Source of the DNA: an uncultured bacterium
GTDB taxonomy: Bacteria > Patescibacteriota > Minisyncoccia > Phycocordibacterales > UBA1006
DNA length: 52,270 nucleotides
NCBI GenBank assembly: GCA_937868685.1
Contig: CALMMZ010000181.1
Span: forward strand, 1 to 52,270
Reading direction: 5' to 3'
Of this stretch, positions 49,291 through 52,270 are shown in pieces; within the stretch, counting starts at the first letter, position 1, and every line of letters starts with the position of its first letter. A model generated the notes under the pieces. The model was not told the origin of the DNA, did no database searches, and worked only from the letters and a program-made list of their open reading frames with translations. The position numbers and the translations under genes are program-made.

Positions 49291-50274
49291 ATGATTAAAT
49301 TAACTCGTATAATCTTAATGGCAAAATTTTTATCACTCGCCATTTCTCCCGATGAGAAATGGTTAGCCAGTGGTTCTGACAATGGCGAAATTAAAATTTG
49401 GAATGTCGAAAATTGTAAATGTATAAAAACTATAAAACAACCTCGGTCGGTTATATACGTGACTTTTTCTTTTCATGGTAAATGGTTAGCAAGCGTGGCT
49501 GATTGTACAATACAAATTTGGAATACTCAAAATTGGACTTGTATAAAAAATATACAAAATATTAATCGTCTCAATCAAGTGCGTCATTTCATATTTTCAT
49601 CCGATAATCAAAAACTCATCTGTGGATTTGCTGATGGTACAATTCAAATGTATAATACTGAACAATGGTCTCTACAAACAACTTATAAAAATTCAAATTG
49701 TATAAAAAATATTATTTTCTCCCCGGATAGCAAAATCCTATCTAATTTACCCAATGAGGTTATACCAAATTTTTGGGGTGACGATGACGACGTAGATTTG
49801 TCTCGGCAAAATGACACAGAATCATCTTACCAGAGAATCTTCTCTCCCGATGAGAAATGGGTGGTTAATATTGAAAATGGTATTTTAAAAGTTTGTAATA
49901 CCAAAGATTTCCAAAAAAGTCAAACTTTAGATTGTGTCGATGGTGCTATTTTTTCACCTGACAGTCGATGGCTCGCCACTTTTAATGGAAGTACATTTAA
50001 AGTTTGGGCTACTGGAAGTTGGATGTGTCTCAAGATTTTTAATAATAAGCGTCGAGTGACTACACTAACTTTCTTTCCACATCGAAAATGGTTAGTCGTT
50101 GGCTTTAATAACGAAACTCTTAAAATGTATGATTTGGAAGATGAAATCGAATGTTTAAAACTTGAATTATTGATTACATTAGGTTTGGGTATAAATGGAA
50201 AATGGCATTCCTTTTTAACTCAAAATTTATATGATCCTCGTTTATTTATTTTTATTGTGAGATTTCTATTGTAG
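49291..50274 (+). CDS. WD40-repeat protein with the shared C-terminal module
   Basis: 327 aa. Repeated xSPDxKWLAxGSxxGxIKIWN units (ISPDEKWLASGSDNGEIKIWN, FSFHGKWLASVADCTIQIWN, FSSDNQKLICGFADGTIQMYN, FSPDSRWLATFNGSTFKVWA). Tail: GLGINGKWHSFLTQNLYDPRLFIFIVRFLL. Confidence 0.75.
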   Translation: MIKLTRIILMAKFLSLAISPDEKWLASGSDNGEIKIWNVENCKCIKTIKQPRSVIYVTFSFHGKWLASVADCTIQIWNTQNWTCIKNIQNINRLNQVRHFIFSSDNQKLICGFADGTIQMYNTEQWSLQTTYKNSNCIKNIIFSPDSKILSNLPNEVIPNFWGDDDDVDLSRQNDTESSYQRIFSPDEKWVVNIENGILKVCNTKDFQKSQTLDCVDGAIFSPDSRWLATFNGSTFKVWATGSWMCLKIFNNKRRVTTLTFFPHRKWLVVGFNNETLKMYDLEDEIECLKLELLITLGLGINGKWHSFLTQNLYDPRLFIFIVRFLL

Positions 50275-50321
50275 ATATATTAAAAATGATTTTCTTTCTA
50301 GCATCTTTTTGGAAAAGAAAA

Positions 50322-51089
50322 ATGGATTTTAATCGAGTGTTAATCTACACTCGAGTTTCTTCTGAACAACAAAATTATCCTGGTAAAGTCAGTCTAGCTG
50401 TCCAAAGAGAATTATGTTTGAATTGGGCAGAAAAGCATTTTCCAGAGTTACCCATTAGTACTGGGCGAAGAGATGTTGGCTCAGCTTTCCAAGGTTTTTC
50501 ACCAAAAACTAAGGAATTTTTCTCTAAGTTGTCCAACAAAGTAATTGTCTGTAAAAGTATTGATCGATTTTGTCGTTGTTATACAGAAGGTAAGAAAATG
50601 TTGGAACTTCTTCGAGATAATGAAAATCGAATTGTTTTCATCGAAAACAAGTTAGAATATGATTTTACCTCTTCAACTGAAACTTGGAAAAAGGTTCTTA
50701 TCGGTTTGTATACAGCCGAACTTTCTTCTCGGCAAAATAGTAATATGCAACGTTTTTGTGCGAATTTTCGTCGGTTAGGTTTTGTTGAAATCCAAGACGC
50801 TCAACATTGTGAAATTCCTAATTTTGATATTGTTGAAGAAAAGGTAAATCCTTATGATCTTCAAATAGCCAAGTTGATTATGGACTGTCGTAAGAATCTT
50901 ATTTCTCTGGATGATTTCAATATGTATATGAAAAATTTATCTTCTATTCGGGCTCAAAGAACTTCACTTCCCATAAAGAAATCGGCCATTGCTGCTACTC
51001 TCAATTACTTTTTCATTGAAACGTCCACCATTCCAGCTGGAACATGGACAAAAGAAAAAGTGAAATTGCTCTCCCATTTGGCCAAGTAA
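50322..51089 (+). CDS. serine recombinase (resolvase/invertase catalytic domain)
   Basis: ATG 50322. VLIYTRVSSEQQ (Y-x-R-V-S-x-x-x-Q catalytic-Ser motif), DVGSAFQG, VIVCKSIDRFCRC, LYTAELSSRQNSNMQRF (E-helix-like). The C-terminal ~110 aa are unassigned. Confidence 0.7.
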   Translation: MDFNRVLIYTRVSSEQQNYPGKVSLAVQRELCLNWAEKHFPELPISTGRRDVGSAFQGFSPKTKEFFSKLSNKVIVCKSIDRFCRCYTEGKKMLELLRDNENRIVFIENKLEYDFTSSTETWKKVLIGLYTAELSSRQNSNMQRFCANFRRLGFVEIQDAQHCEIPNFDIVEEKVNPYDLQIAKLIMDCRKNLISLDDFNMYMKNLSSIRAQRTSLPIKKSAIAATLNYFFIETSTIPAGTWTKEKVKLLSHLAK

Positions 51090-51097
51090 AAATGATT

Positions 51098-51123
51098 TTT
51101 TTTCTTCTCGTGAGAAGAGAAAA
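51098..51123. terminator. imperfect intergenic hairpin
   Basis: ttttcttctcgtgagaagagaaaa after stop 51089. Near-duplicate of the spacer at 51811..51836. Confidence 0.35.
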
Positions 51124-51128
51124 TAATA

Positions 51129-51800
51129 ATGGATTTTTCTTTCTTGAGTGGAGTTTCTCTTTATGGAGAAGTAACGTGCTATCTTACTCCGACTGAATTT
51201 TCCTCGCTTACTCAAAGAATCTTCCAGCATAATTGTCTTCACAAAAGAAAAATTTATCACACAGTTCTTTTTCTACAGGAAAAAGATTTCTTTCATCCCG
51301 AACAACATGGAGATAAAATAATTCCAATTAAGATTTTTTTCAGAGAAAAAGGGATATCTTTGTATTCAGATATTGTGTTTTCTCGTTTGAAACAAACTTT
51401 GATTTTGTTTGACGTTGCTGTTCCTATCAACGCTTCAATATTAAAGAAACTGACAGAAGATGATTCTTTAATTGAATTACATCATTCTCAATTTGATATC
51501 TCGTATGATAATTGTTTGGATGAGTATAGTCCTACAGTTCGTCTAGTTTACATAATTGATTTCCTCCTTGAATCAAAATCTATTAATCGAAACATTTATT
51601 TTAACAAAGAATCATCCTATGTTGCTCGTGATATCCTGAATAGTATCATGGTTTTTCACAGTTTGATTTGTGTTGGTTTACAACCCGGCAATGGCGATCA
51701 TCCTTGGTCAACCTTTCTTCAAAAGGGATTGTATGATCCCCGTTTGTTAATGTTGATTTCAAGTTTTATACATTTTAAGTTGAACTCTTATTTAATATAA
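51129..51800 (+). CDS. hypothetical protein with the shared C-terminal module
   Basis: 223 aa. Tail GLQPGNGDHPWSTFLQKGLYDPRLLMLISSFIHF matches the tails of ORFs 2316..2645 and 49291..50274. Confidence 0.45.
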   Translation: MDFSFLSGVSLYGEVTCYLTPTEFSSLTQRIFQHNCLHKRKIYHTVLFLQEKDFFHPEQHGDKIIPIKIFFREKGISLYSDIVFSRLKQTLILFDVAVPINASILKKLTEDDSLIELHHSQFDISYDNCLDEYSPTVRLVYIIDFLLESKSINRNIYFNKESSYVARDILNSIMVFHSLICVGLQPGNGDHPWSTFLQKGLYDPRLLMLISSFIHFKLNSYLI

Positions 51801-51810
51801 TGAAAAGTGA

Positions 51811-51836
51811 TTTTTTCTTCTTGTGAGAAGAGAAAA
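51811..51836. terminator. imperfect intergenic hairpin
   Basis: ttttttcttcttgtgagaagagaaaa after stop 51800. Confidence 0.35.
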
Positions 51837-51854
51837 TATAACATTTAATTTTAA

Positions 51855-52270
51855 ATGGCATGGAATGAAAAACTATACTTTCGAAATGAACGGGATTTTC
51901 TTTCCTTTTATAAAACTTTATCAGAAGAGATAAAAGACAAGACTACAATTTATTTTAGATTTTCAACTACTTTCATTGAATGGGAACATTACCAAGGACA
52001 ATATTTTCTTGCATTCAATTATGGAACTTGTGAAAAGCAATATGAAACGTTTAAAAGAGGTGTTCTTTCTTTTGGTAATATTAGATTAGTCACACATCAG
52101 TTCCCCAAACTCTTTTTCAGACTACCCTATCATTTTATCATCACTAAAGCAATTCAATTTCGCATTGTTGATCAAGAAAGATGGCCAGTGATATATCAAA
52201 ACACAGAAAAAATACTTTCATGGGTAGAAAAGAATTTCTTCGAACAATTATCCTCTTCTTTTAGAGGAGA
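51855..52270 (+). CDS. hypothetical protein, 3' end beyond the window
   Basis: Own translation from ATG 51855: MAWNEKLYFRNERDFLSFYKTLSEEIKDKTTIYFRF...; open to the window end. Not in the ORF track because it has no stop. Confidence 0.4.
   Translation, partial: MAWNEKLYFRNERDFLSFYKTLSEEIKDKTTIYFRFSTTFIEWEHYQGQYFLAFNYGTCEKQYETFKRGVLSFGNIRLVTHQFPKLFFRLPYHFIITKAIQFRIVDQERWPVIYQNTEKILSWVEKNFFEQLSSSFRG

Noticed and set aside
50322-51800. IS607-type insertion sequence around the serine recombinase
   Set aside because: There is no TnpB-like ORF, no MerR-type HTH, and I could see no terminal repeats. It is reported only as an orphan recombinase.
1-52270. tRNA, rRNA or other canonical RNA genes
   Set aside because: The spacers are short and AT-rich. 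I could not recognise any cloverleaf-compatible segment by eye. A tRNAscan/Infernal run would be needed to be definitive.

Overview
AT-rich, very gene-dense window: about 60 closely spaced genes on both strands, and I recognised no rRNA, tRNA or CRISPR. It reads as a segment of a giant-virus genome (Nucleocytoviricota, Mimiviridae/Imitervirales-like). Evidence for that: family-B DNA polymerase, RNR small subunit, FEN1/XPG nuclease, Erv1/ALR thiol oxidase, Nei/Fpg glycosylase, Nudix hydrolase, TBP-like and collagen-like proteins. The motif AAAATTGA(TTT) also sits 30-90 nt upstream of many start codons, and a palindromic hairpin follows almost every gene.

Stand-out content:
1. A kinesin motor gene whose Walker-A P-loop is split by an in-frame 140-aa mini-intein.
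2. Head-to-head with it, an Atg8/LC3/GABARAP homologue ending in TFG-CD. About 4 kb away lies a small membrane-anchored protein ending in a textbook LIR-like DDWESLV.
3. An H2B-H2A-like histone doublet with an RS-rich tail.
4. Seven to eight protein-kinase-like genes in about 33 kb. Three are paralogues with a cyclin-box-like N-terminal domain fused to the kinase, and some are apparent pseudokinases.
5. A MESH1/SpoT-type HD hydrolase, a DHH-DHHA1 phosphoesterase, and MazG-like and Nudix hydrolases.
6. A dispersed GTTTAAC-N(12-13) repeat family found in intergenic regions and inside ORFs.
7. A roughly 40-aa C-terminal module shared by three otherwise unrelated ORFs.
8. An EsV-1-7 cysteine-repeat array fused to an endonuclease-like domain.
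9. An orphan serine recombinase.

All domain calls come from reading the translations by eye. No database search was run.
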